Below, piece after piece: positions 1-11,277 of a stretch of 64,000 nucleotides of DNA (the stretch's first letter is position 1; each line of letters opens with the position of its first letter). A model generated the notes under the pieces. It did not search any database and had not been told where the DNA came from. It saw only the letters and a list, made by a program, of their open reading frames with translations. Source of the stretch: Octopus vulgaris. Taxonomy: Eukaryota. A program made the translations under genes and the position numbers. The stretch spans positions 96,844,001 to 96,908,000 of the forward strand of contig OX597822.1 of assembly GCA_951406725.2 (NCBI GenBank). Direction: 5' to 3'.

Positions 1-259
1 GGGGACGTAAACACACCAGCATCGGTTGTCAAGCAATGCTAGGGGGACAAACACAGACACACAAACACACACACGCATATATATAAATATACATATATAC
101 GACAGGCTTCTTTCAGTTTCTGTCTACCAAATCTACTCATAAGGCTTTGGTCGGCCCGAGACTATAGCTGAAGACACTTGCCCAAGGTGCCACGCAGTGG
201 GACTGAACCCGGAACCATGTGGTTGGTTAGCAAGCTACTTACCACACAGCCACTCCTGC
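1..259 (-). mobile_element. tRNA/CORE-like SINE-B (cut by the window edge)
   Basis: Reverse complement of caggagtggctgtgtggtaag...ggttcagtccc...ccttgggcaagtg. Confidence 0.9.
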
Positions 260-750
260 TCTTTATTTTCAATTGTTGTGTTCGTGATAGCTTCACCAAG
301 AGTTTCCTCATAGTTGTTCATTTGGGACTTTGAGCTGGCCAGTCTGTAGATCTGTCATCACGAGGTGATGTAACCTTTTTTGCTCCCTATTCTTTTTATT
401 GCCTTCTCACCTTTTGTCTCTCTGAAGTGCTTGAGCGACATTTGCACCGCACATCGAGAACATTTCATATTCTGAGCAATTACCCTTTGAGACATTCCAT
501 CTTCATGATGACCTACGATTTGACCTCACTCACACTCACTCAACTCCATTGTTTTAGGCATTTTACTGTTTATTAACTGTATCTACAATGTATTTTAGTA
601 TAAAACACTGAAATAATCAAGGAAACATAAGTTAATTTTGGACGTTGGTCTAACTCATAATTGGTTGCATATGTACAGTACATATACATATTGTGCAATA
701 TACCATAATGTACTATGTGCATGGGTTTCATTAACATTGAGATAGCAGAA

Positions 751-1070
751 CATCATCATCATCATCATCATCGTTTAACGTCCGCTTTCCATGCTAGCAT
801 GGGTTGGATGGTTCAACTGGGGTCTGGGAAGGCCGAAGGCTGCACCAGGCCAGTCAGATCTGGCAGTGTTTCTACAGCTGGATGCCCTTCCTAACGCCAA
901 CCACTCCGTGAGTGTAGTGGGTGCTTTATGTGCCACCGACACAGGTGCCAGACGAGGCTGGCGAACGGCCACGCTCAGATGGTGTTTTTTATGTGCCACC
1001 GACACAGGTGCCAGACGAGGCTGGCGAACGGCCACGCTCGGATGGTGTTTTTTACGTGCCACTGGCAAAC
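751..1070 (-). mobile_element. RTE 3'-tail copy
   Basis: Near-identical to 14832-15130, including the 63 bp tandem unit and the (CAT)n end. Confidence 0.9.
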
Positions 1071-1112
1071 CCCAAAACATTATGGTGACCTCATACTTTT
1101 GGCCAAAGCTGT

Positions 1113-1300
1113 ATATATGAAGAACAAAAAAGAAAAAACAACAATGCAAGGACATGATATAAGCACTGTATTATCAGACGTTCAGGAAAGGAAAGAAAGA
1201 AAATTTTACATTTTGAGCAAAGCTCTTCTTCAGAAATAAAGGAAAGTCCAAAAGAAGGGAAGACAGAGAAAGAAAATCGCCAACGATACACACACGGTTA
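1113..1300 (-). mobile_element. Penelope-like hammerhead element (decayed)
   Basis: Minus 1203-1237: AUUU-CUGAAGA-A-GAGC(UUU)GCUC-aAAA-uG-UA-AAAU. Confidence 0.65.
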
Positions 1301-1606
1301 CTTTTTGAAATATATTATTATTATTATGGCTGCCCCTTTGTTATCGAGTATGGCCATTGCACGAAGCTTAACTGTTACTGGTGCTGTGATCGAATGTGAC
1401 TTTTTAGCCCAGCTAAAGATCTACAATGTCTTGTACAGAATTGGCAACTAAAACCTTTACTGGTAATAGCCGGCTGTAGTTGTAACTGGGCTTCATGTAC
1501 CTTTGCATGTCATTTAAGTCCTCCTGCCGAATTACACTCTCTTCCACATGCCCGACAGATATGATTAGTATGGTGTGTTACACCATATAATATATATATA
1601 TATATA

Positions 1607-1653
1607 TCCATCTGAGGCACATCTGATGGAACGTTTCCATCAGATGTGCCTCA

Positions 1654-1659
<6 letters not shown>
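1607..1659. repeat. 53 bp palindrome inside (TA)n
   Basis: tccatctgaggcacatctgatggaa-cgt-ttccatcagatgtgcctcagacgga, one mismatch. Confidence 0.9.
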
Positions 1660-1689
<30 letters not shown>

Positions 1690-1871
1690 CACACACATGC
1701 ACACATATATATACAGCTATGTGCAATGTGATACCGTAAAGGAAAAATTCAGTTGTCACTAAATGGGACTAAGGGTTTCAAGATACATACACACGCATGC
1801 ACATAGGTGCCTAAAACAAACGAAAACATGATAAATGCTATAAGGCTACACACTCTTGCGTATGTTTGTCA

Positions 1872-2198
1872 TTATCATCAGTTAACGTCCGTTGTCCATG
1901 CTGCCATGGGTGGGACAATTTGACAGGAGCTGACCAGTTGAAGGGCTGTTCAGACTCCCATGTTTGTTTTGGCATGGTTTTAACGGCTAGATGCTCTTCC
2001 TAATGCCACACACATGCACAAGTACCCCCTACACTCTCGGAGTAGTTGGCGTTAGGAAGGGCATCCAGCTATAAAAACCTTGCCAGATCAGATTGGATCC
2101 TGGTGCAGCCTTCTGGCTGGCCAGTCCTCAGTCAAACCATCCAACTCATGCCAGCATGGGAAGTGGACGTTAAACAATGATGATGATCATCATGATGA
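1872..2198. mobile_element. Two RTE 3'-tail copies in inverted orientation
   Basis: 1872-2010 and 2026-2198 carry the ggatgcccttcctaacgccaac motif on opposite strands. Confidence 0.8.
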
Positions 2199-2459
2199 CA
2201 CACGCACTTCAGTGAGAATCCACTAACTGCAATGTGATATTTAGGATAATAAAAATAAAATGATTTGTAAAGATTAGTAATCGTTTCCCTCCCACTTAAT
2301 CAAAGCTGCTAATAATAACAATAATAATAATAAACCAACTATAAGAACTACTCCTTCAGTTTTGATGCCTGTTCTAGGATTGTCCAGGGATGATTTGAAG
2401 AGGCCCTATGATGAAGAGCTTACTCTTTGTCTCTCTGAACAGTGATTGTTTCACTCTTT

Positions 2460-2690
2460 CATCATCATCATTTAATGTCCGTTTTCCATCAAGTGCCTGA
2501 GCATTACTAGCATGGGTTGGATGGTTCGACCGGGGCCTGGAAGCCATGGAGGCTGCACCAGGCTCTAGTCTGATTTGGCAGTGTTTCTACAGCTGGATGC
2601 CCTTCCTAACACCAACCACTCCGTCAGTGTAGTGGGTGTTTTTTTACGTGCCACCGACACAGGGGCCAGAGCAGGCTGGAAAACGGCTTT
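2460..2690 (-). mobile_element. RTE 3'-tail copy with a small insertion
   Basis: Matches the 14832 tail; carries an extra segment within 2487-2508. Confidence 0.85.
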
Positions 2691-2828
2691 CATGTATAGT
2701 AAATACTGAAGATCAGGCAGGCAGGCTGTACTACATCCATGGGTAAAGTCAGTCACAAAAGAACCACCTATTGTTTGTGAGATTTCGAAAGAGTTGGGTC
2801 ACTGTGTTGTCTTTTTGACTACCACAAA

Positions 2829-3210
2829 TCTCTCTCTATATAAACGGCAGTTTGTCTGTGTGTGTTTCTGTGTGTCTGTTTGGTTGTACCCTCACCCTGA
2901 CCACGGCTTTCAACCGATTCTGATGAAACTTGACACACACATAGCCCAATGTCATAATTCAAAACTAACGCAGCGAAAATTTTGAAAAGTTCCCCCAGTT
3001 CTGAAAAATCGATAAATTCGACATGGGGTCGAGAATCAGAAACACAAACCACAGACTGTCTAGGGGACGCAACTCGACCTTTTTTAACTCTCAAAAAAAT
3101 TTACCATCATTTTGTTTCCATTTTTTTGCTATTTTTTGGCTATAACTCTCTAAAAATGCTTTATAGTTATTTCCCTTACAAACCTGAGCAACGCCGGGCG
3201 ATACTGCTAG
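2829..3210 (+). mobile_element. Non-autonomous Helitron
   Basis: A|TC 5' end, subterminal hairpin cc(t)gagcaacgccggg, CTAG|T 3' end, no TSD. Confidence 0.85.
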
Positions 3211-3408
3211 TCTTCTATAAAAGGTTGATGGACTTTACTTTCACCTCCTGCATTGCTCGACTTAGTGGAGAACTGTGTTTGATGACATTTCAGATGTTAA
3301 CAACTCTAACTTGTTCTTTGCTTGATCCACGATTTGACATCAAAGAGATGAGCTGCTAAAAAATGCTGTCTGACAAACACTGACCACACCTTTTCACTGT
3401 CATATAAT

Positions 3409-3669
3409 ATACGCTACCGGAGCTGGAATTACCGCGGCTGCTGGCACCATACTTGCCCTCCAGTTGATCCTCGTTAACGGATTTGAAGTGTACTCATTCC
3501 GATCGCGGGGCCTCGACAGAGTCCCGTGTCGTTATTTTTCGTCACTACCTCCCCGAGTCGGGAGTGGGTAATTTGTGCGCCTGCTGCCTTCCTTGGATGT
3601 GGTAGCCATTTCGCATGCTCCCTCTCCGGAATCGAACCCTGATTCCCCGTTACCCGTTGCCACCACGGG
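3409..3669 (-). pseudogene. 18S rRNA fragment (dispersed pseudogene, about 260 bp)
   Basis: Reverse complement contains the universal SSU motifs GGGTTCGATTCCGGAGAGGGAGC, CCAAGGAAGGCAGCAGGCGCACAAATTACCC and GTGCCAGCAGCCGCGGTAATTCCAGCTCC. No other rDNA flanks it. Confidence 0.95.
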
Positions 3670-4251
3670 TGTGGCAGCCTCAGCACTTGCTTGTACATCA
3701 TCATTTGTGACATGCTCAGTCTTCATGCTTGTGTTGCCATCTAAAGAAACAGATGATCGAAGAGATGTAGAGTTATTCACCCCCTTCTGGTTGACCTTTC
3801 AAGGATAGCTTCCTCTTGGTCCATATCTTGACGAGACTGACCACCCTCATGCTGCATGGAGGTCTGAGCATTTCCTTGGCTGATGATGCCTGGGCATGCA
3901 CTTAGGCTGCAGTATCTCTAGCAATTTCTTGATGTTGAACTGGTGTGGTTACTTTTTGTCAGATATATGTTTTTTCTCCATCTCATTTCTTTGACAGAGC
4001 TGCTGTCTTGACCAAGATGGGGCATTTGGTATCTGGAATGTCATCAAGTACTTATAGCCTTCTACAAGTTGAGTAATGTGGTAGGTGGAAGTTCTGCAGC
4101 ATTCTGTAAAGGATGAGTTTTATGCACAAGCAATTGCTTTCTTGGAGAACTCTGGGCATCAGTGAAACTTAAATATCTGGTCTGTTCTGGAGGACTTTCA
4201 AACCAGAACTCCTGGGTAATTTCCAGAAATCCCTGGTATGGCAGTGCTACT

Positions 4252-4427
4252 GGGAGAGTTTACGAAAAAAAAAAAAAAAAAACGAAGACAGGTGGTGTAC
4301 AAAACACACAGATGTATTAGTATAACGGTCAGGAATAGAAAAAGTCTTTTACATTTCGAGCCTACGCTCTTCTACAGAAAGGGACACAGAAAAAGCAAGG
4401 AGAGACAAAAATGTGTGTAGTGGCTAC
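4252..4427 (-). mobile_element. Penelope-like hammerhead element
   Basis: Minus 4346-4381: CUUU-CUGuAGA-A-GAGC(GUAG)GCUC-GAAA-uG-UA-AAAG; near-identical to 47048-47229. Confidence 0.7.
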
Positions 4428-4625
4428 CCACTGATACAAGATAAATCTACAGTTATGGAAGTGCTGTTAGCTGGACCTGTCTGAGATACATGCAGAGCAA
4501 AGAAGTCATTCTACATACGCTCATCAAGTGCCTGAGCATTACTGACTTGTGGAATTACACCAAACAGCTGGTATCATATGTAGGATGGCTCCAGCTATCA
4601 GCTAAGTCTACTGTGAAGATCATCC

Positions 4626-4850
4626 TTATTTCTTTACTACCCACAAGGGGCTAAACATAGAGGGGACAAACAAGGACAGACAAACGGATTAAGTCGATTA
4701 CATCGACCCTCAGTGCGTAACTGGTACTTAATTTATCGACCCCGAAAGGATGAAAGACAAAGTCAACCTCGGCGGAATTTGAACTCAGAACGTAACGGCA
4801 GACGAAATACGGCTACGCATTTCGCCCGGCGTGCTAACAATTCTACCAGC
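4626..4850 (-). mobile_element. tRNA-derived SINE-A
   Basis: Reverse complement of gctggcagaa..gttagcacgccgggcgaaat..gagttcaaattccgccgaggtcgactttgcctttcatcc..aagaaata. Confidence 0.9.
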
Positions 4851-5424
4851 TTACTTATACCTTGAAGTGTAGAGAGTCTTTATCTGTCTGGTGGCTTTGG
4901 TGTAAGAGTTTGTGCAGTGGACAAAATTAAAAGTGCTGAAGGCAGGCATCTTCCATTGTGGCTAAACCATCATCAACTTTTTCAAGTTACACTTGTAAAG
5001 TCAAGTGGGTGGAAAGAGAAGTCCTGCTTCCAAGCAAATTTGTAGAAAGGTGGATGGGAGTAGAATGCATGGTCCATGTGAACAGGACTGGTCTGAGCAT
5101 GTAGGTGTAGATTGGAGGCCAAATGTGAAAGACCACTTTTCTTAGTGTGAGCAAGCTTTTATGGAGATTTCACAAGTAACCCTTGGAGATCTCTCCTTTT
5201 TAGGGGGATTTTTCTTTAGATTTTTTATCATCAGTTTTTGTGAGACATTTTGGTAGTGGCATCCTAGTTAAACTAGTATCCTTCAAGCCTTATACACTTT
5301 TAGACCTCACTAAGTTTAAATGCAAAACCAGTATTATGTGTACCACCTACTTGTGTGTACATACACACAAACACATGCTCTCATACACATACACACTTGC
5401 ATTGTTTCCCTCCTTTGCTGGTAA

Positions 5425-5830
5425 TTCTTATTCTTATACCTGTTTCAGTCATTTGACTGTGGCCATGCTGCAGCACCGCCTTTAGTCGAGCAACTCGACC
5501 CCGAGACTTATTCTTTTGTAAGCCCAGTACTTATTCTATCGGTCTCTTAGGCTGAACCGCTAAGTAACGGGGACATAAACGCACCAGCATCGGTTGTCAA
5601 GCAATGCTCGGGGGACAAACACAGACACACAAATACACACACACATACATACATATACATATATACGACGGGCTTCTTTCAGTTTCCGTCTACCAAATCC
5701 ACTCACAAGGCTTTGGTCGGCCCGAGGCTACAGTAGAAGACACTTGCCCAAGGTGTCACGCAGTGGGACTGAACCCGCAACCATGTGGTTGGTAGACAAG
5801 CTACTTACCACACAGCCACTCCTGCGCCTA
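5425..5830 (-). mobile_element. SINE-B, full length
   Basis: Matches 27895-28340 in reverse; internal (TA/TG)n linker. Confidence 0.9.
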
Positions 5831-6580
5831 TGGTATCTTTTGTGAACATTTTTCCACTTGGCTGCTCTTCTTTTCTCTCATTTTATATAGACTTCTCTCC
5901 TTCTTCTTACCATACACGCATTCACCCACATTTTTTAAAACTGACACTATTTATTCAAAAGAATCACCTTATCGTGTTGAGAGAGTGTTCACAAAATTTC
6001 AATAAGTTAAATTGTTGCAAGGAGTGAAAAGCGTGATGTTATAACCTGTTGTCCTTGACATGAGAATAAAGTATGGTGCAGTTATTGTTGGTCTGTCCTC
6101 ATTTGGCAAACAACAAGCCCACCTCAATGATTTGGGTTGTTTTCCTTCCAATGAAAATAAGTTAAGGTGAAGCTATTGTTCGCCCTTGCTTTTCAGTTAA
6201 AAAAAAAAAAAAATTGGGAAATGAAGTGAAGGAGAAATATGGGGGCAAGAAATGGATAGGTCAGAATGTTGAAATAATAGTATCTGCCTTAGGTGTAGTG
6301 GTAAGGTCAGAATGTTGGAAAACAACAGAACAGAATCAAATACTCACGTACGGTTATATAGCAACCCACATCTGAGTTTTATGGTTTATTAATTCATAAG
6401 CCATAGGCACACAAGCATGGACTGTATGGTTAAGATACTTGCTTCCCAGCTATATGGTCTTGGATTCAGGCCCACTCCACAGCACCTTAGATAAGTGCCT
6501 TCTACTATAACTCCAGGTCAACCAAAAGCCTTGTTAGTGGATTTAGTAGGCAAAAACTGAAAGAAGAAGCCCATCATGTA

Positions 6581-7640
6581 TATGCGGGGTGCATCAGTTT
6601 TTAGAGGTCATTTGTATGAATTTAGAAAAAGATGCATGGCTCATCAAAGAAACCTGTAATTGAAAATAAATTGGTATAAATAATCTTAAGAATCCGTTTA
6701 TTACACCTGTTCAATGAATCCACTGTTAGCATCAATGACTGCTTCAATACAGGGGGTTGGAAATGTTGACACATGCGACTCAGACGATCTTTATCGATTT
6801 TGGACATAGTGCTAGTTAAGGTGGACTTGAAAGATTGTATGATGTTTCAGGAGTGTTGATTGGCTTCTCTCTTGATTATTCCCTATTCATTATAGCCCAG
6901 TGGATTGAGGTCTGGTGGCCATGTGTCTGAGAAAACATGATCATGGAGATTGGCATTCATTCATTCATTCATACTTATGTTGTCATAGACTTATGAGGCA
7001 ATGCAGAGTCTTATTGGAAGACTTATAGCCTTCTGTTGTGTTCTCTGCCTATCCAGGACCTCACAACTTTCTCTAACACCTCTATGTAGACAGCAGTTGC
7101 TAGAAAACTGAGTATGTCTGTCTGTTGGAATCTCATTTGGGTCTCTGCATAACTGTTATTCCTTCGGTTTACCTTTTGGTGGCGAGCTGGCAGAAACGTT
7201 AGCACGCCGGGCGAAATGCGTAGCCGTATTTCGTCTGCCGTTACGTTCTGAGTTCAAATTCCGCCGAGGTCGACTTTGCCTTTCATCCTTTCGGGTCGAT
7301 AAATTAAGTACCAGTTAGCACTGGGGTCGATATAATCGACTTAATCCATTTGTCTGTCCTTGTTTGTCCTCTCTGTGTTTAGCCCCTTGTGGGTAGTAAA
7401 GAAATAGGTTTACCTTTTGGTCTTGATCAGAGAAAAACCAAAGCATTTCAGACTTTTGGTGTTTTAAATTGTCTAGCAAGCACTTTGTACAGATCAGATG
7501 ATTCTCTTGTAACATCTAGCATAAACTGACCCTTCCATATCTCATAAACTTATACCAGATGTCCTCATTCACAATAGTGCATTCTGTAACCTCGAGAGCT
7601 CGAGACAAGTTTAAATCCTCACACATACCATACCACTCTG
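6581..7640 (-). mobile_element. Degraded Tc1/mariner-superfamily transposase remnant, interrupted by SINE-A
   Basis: Minus-strand fragments KCLLDNLKHQKSEMLWFFSD, QKVNRRNN and AVYIEVLEKVVRSWI; TA + cggggtgcatca end. Confidence 0.65.
7180..7427 (+). mobile_element. SINE-A
   Basis: TSD ggtttaccttttggt. Confidence 0.92.
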
Positions 7641-7679
7641 TTGTTTGCCATAGCAGGGTTGCTTAGCACTCATTAGAGC

Positions 7680-7790
7680 ATCAGGAAGTGAAAAAGTCTT
7701 TAACATTTCGAGCCTAAGCTCTTCCACAGAAAGGAACTCAGAAAGAAACAATGAGAGAAAATAAAGAATGTGTAGTGGTTAGCGATGTAT
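7680..7790 (-). mobile_element. Penelope-like hammerhead element (short)
   Basis: Minus 7698-7733: CUUU-CUGuGGA-A-GAGC(UUAG)GCUC-GAAA-uG-UU-AAAG. Confidence 0.65.
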
Positions 7791-8431
7791 CTGGCTCTTT
7801 GTGCTCTGAGTTCAAATCTTACTAAAGTCATCTTTACATCATTGTTTTGCATTTGGTTCTTCTCTCTCTTTGTTTTTGTTTGTCACTCTTTCTGTAAGAA
7901 ATAAGCTGTTGTAAGACATGAAGAAGAATGGGCTCGACCAGGTCTAAAAAATACCCAAGAATCTACAATGCTATTCCTAGAGCTACGTCGGGAGTTGAGG
8001 ATCCAAGGCAAGATATGTCTGGACTACCAATTTATGTAACTACCATAAACGACTAATGTGTTTCCTAAACGAGGCACTGAACTTTGACATATCTCATTTC
8101 ATGAAACTAATCAAGGAAAGGTGTTGGACCTTCTAGTCACATGTATAGTTCTAGTGCTTCCTGGGATTCTGTGTTTATGAGAAGGGGTTGCTCCATACCC
8201 AGTTATTTCCTGAACTCTCAGAAAATATAATGGTGAACTTATTGCATACAGTTCTCTGATGCACTACAACTTGTTGCAAAAAGGTTAAAAGAGGAAACAG
8301 AAAACAACCTTAAGTTCATTTAAGAAAAACAATGACAGCTTGGAGTACATTAACAGCACATAAAATAAGATCAGAAAAGTGAACTGTAAAAGAGCCAAAG
8401 AGAAGAACGGGTGCATAGGCACGTCAAGAGT

Positions 8432-10040
8432 AATCATCGTTGTCATTATCGTTTAACATCCACTTTCGATGCTGGCATGGGTTGGATGGTTTGACATGAA
8501 GGCGGTGAGCTGGCAGAAATGTTAGCACGCCGGGCGAAATGTGTAGCCGTATTTCGTCTGCCGTTATATTTTGAGTTCAAATTCCGCCGAGGTCGACTTT
8601 GCCTTTCATCCTTTCGGGTCGATAAATTAAGTACCAGTTACGCACTGGGATCGATATAATCGACTTAATCCGTTTGTCTGTCCTTGCTTGTCCCCTCTGT
8701 GTTTAGCCCCTTGTGGGTAGTAAAGAAATAGGTTTGACATGGAGCTGGCTATCAGGGAACTGTCTGAACTCCAACTGTCTGTTGTGGCATGGTTTTTACA
8801 GCTGGATGCCCTTCCTTATGCCAACCACTTAACAGAATGTGGTGGATGCTTTTTACTTTCCACTGTCATGAGTGTGTTTATGCAGCACTAGCATGGGTGC
8901 ATTAACATAGCACCGACATGGGTAATTTTTTAAGTGACACTAATACCTGAAAAGACAAGCCGGTATGTGTGGAAGACACAAGCTGGCTAAGGCGGTGAGC
9001 TGGCAGAAATATTAGCACGCCGGGCGAAATGCTTAGCGGTATTCGTCTGTCCTTACGTTGTGAGTTCAAATTCGCCGAGGTCGACTTTGCCTTTCATCCT
9101 TTCGGGTCGATAAATTAAGTACCAGTTATGCACTGGGGTCGATATAATCGACTTAATCCGTTTGTCTGTCCTTGCTTGTCCCCTCTATGTTTAGTCCCTT
9201 GTGGGTAATAAAGAAACAGGTATTTCGTCTGCCGATACGTTCTGAGTTCAAATTCTGCCGAGGTAGACATTGCCTTTCATCCTTTCAGGATCACTTAAAT
9301 GAGTACCAGTTACGCACTGGGCTCGATATAATCAACTTAATCCGTTTGTCTGTCCTTGCTTGTCCCCTCTGTGTTTAGCCCCTTGTGGGTGGTAAAGAAA
9401 TAGGTTTGACATGAAGCTGGCTATCAGGGAACTGTCTGAACTCCAACTGTCTGTTGTGGCATGGTTTTTACAGCTGGATGCCCTTCCTTATGCCAACCAC
9501 TTAACAGAATGTGGTGGATGCTTTTTACTTTCCACTGTCATGAATATGTTTATGCAGCACTAGCATGGGTGCATTAACATAGCACCGACATGGGTAATTT
9601 TTAAGTGACACCAATACCTGAAAAGACAAGCCGGTATGTGTGGAAGACACAAGCTGGCTAAGGCGGTGAGCTGGCAGAAATATTAGCACGCCGGGCGAAA
9701 TGCTTAGCAGTATTTCGTCTGTCCTTACGTTGTGAGTTCAAATTCCGCCGAGGTCGACTTTGCCTTTCATCCTTTCGGGGTCGATAAATTAAGTACCAGT
9801 TACGCACTGGGGTCGATGTAATCGACTTAATACCTATGTCTGTCCTTGTTTGTCCCCTCTGTGTTTAGCCCCTTGTGGGTAATAAAGAAATAGGTATGTG
9901 TGGAAGACAGCAATGTTACTTACCTTGATGTGTCTTATCAAGTACAGCAAATCACCACATCTCCTGGTTCCTTGTCATTTCCTCAGTGAGGCTCAGCATC
10001 CAAAGATCCTTTTCCACCACTTCGTCCCATGTCTTCTTGG
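8432..10040 (-). mobile_element. Older RTE 3' end interrupted by SINE-A copies and a tandem duplication
   Basis: Tail motif from 8432. 9965-10040 on the minus strand reads PRRHG/TWDEVVEKDLWMLSLTEEMTR-like RTE C-terminus (PRKTWDEVV motif). Confidence 0.75.
8500..9893 (+). mobile_element. SINE-A cluster (8500-8730, 8990-9402, 9661-9893) spanning a 672 bp tandem duplication
   Basis: TSDs ggtttgacatg and ggtatgtgtggaagaca; duplicated spacer 8731-8990 / 9403-9661. Confidence 0.9.
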
Positions 10041-10601
10041 ATGACAACAGCTTAGTCAAAGAAGCTGGCCTTCAGTTTCTACCACAACCTCAAGACAGCT
10101 TTGGAACCCGGCACGCACATTCCTCACTGTGTCCCTGGAAGATCTTCAAACATTTATTTTGATTTTGTTCACCAGCTCAGCCTTGGTGTTGCAGGCAGAG
10201 CAATTGGTGCCTTTCTTAAATACTCCCCACATATGGGATTACAATTGATGGAATTAGGAGGTCAGAAATTGGGACTGGTGAATTCTTAGAAATTCTCTGA
10301 CAACCACTTCTGACTCTTTCCAGAGGTATGACTAGGAACCAAATCCTGCTGCCTCTCATATGACCTTCCAGCAGCAACCCCCTCCTGCCAGGAATTGACC
10401 AGTCTCTGGCAGCTTCACATAACTGTCTGAATTGAGCCCAAAACCTTGTTCAAAGTTGTGGAAAGGGATTCCAGCATGTGGACATAGGACACCTGCTGTG
10501 TCTCTTCATGCAAGCTACAGCTTTGTAGGCTCAGCCACAGCTGTCGATGACATGTCTTATAACTTTTACGGTGTTCACAGAGCATTGAGCAGCAGTCATA
10601 G

Positions 10602-10972
10602 TGGAGGCGCAATGGCCCGATGGTTGGGGCAGTGGACTCGCAGTCGGAGGATCGCGGTTTCGATTCCCAGACTGGGCGTTGTGTGTGTTTATTGATCGAA
10701 AACACCTAAAACTCCACGAGGCTCTGGCAGGGGGTGGTGGCGACCCCTGTTGTACTTTTTCGCTCCAACTTTCTCTCTTTCTTCCCGTTTCTTGTCCCCG
10801 ACTTCCTACGCAACAGCTGAGCCTGGATACGCATTCATCCATCCGTCGATGCTCTTGGTGTCGGGGGTTGACCTGTTTTCTCTTCTGCGGGTCTTACGAA
10901 TAGCAGAGGACCACTTTTCGGACTTATCCCATCTTGCAAGCTCTGGGACGAAGACCGTTCGCTCAACAGCAG
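10602..10972 (+). mobile_element. tRNA-derived SINE-D, alternative 3' tail
   Basis: A box tggcccgatggtt, B box gtttcgattcc; TSD agcagcagtcata. Confidence 0.85.
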
Positions 10973-11277
10973 CAGCAGCAGTCATAATGCTGGCATTTTG
11001 ATACCTAGCACTAATCATCACAATGCAGGTAACTCTTTTCCAATATTCAGGTGGCTGCCACACCTCCATGTCTACTAACCTTTTCTCAACTGCATCTCTG
11101 ATCTTTCCGATGTTATTGACTGTTTGCTAATACACCAAGCTGTTCTTGAAAAAGAGACATAAACAAAAGTATAAAAATTTGTATAAATGCGGAAAAACAA
11201 GGAAACCTAAAAAGAAAATCATTTGCCCAAACGCCCTGTGTGTTATTTCAGGGGCAGGTAGACCTATACCATCCAGT

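Noticed and set aside
775-1239. Overlapping 100-126 aa ORFs (similar ones at 14873-15411 and 25405)
   Set aside because: They lie in RTE 3' UTR tandem repeats and recur only because the repeat recurs.
10602-10675. Functional tRNA gene (also 11361, 19531 and SINE-A/B heads)
   Set aside because: Continues into multicopy SINE bodies with TSDs; acceptor stems are imperfect.
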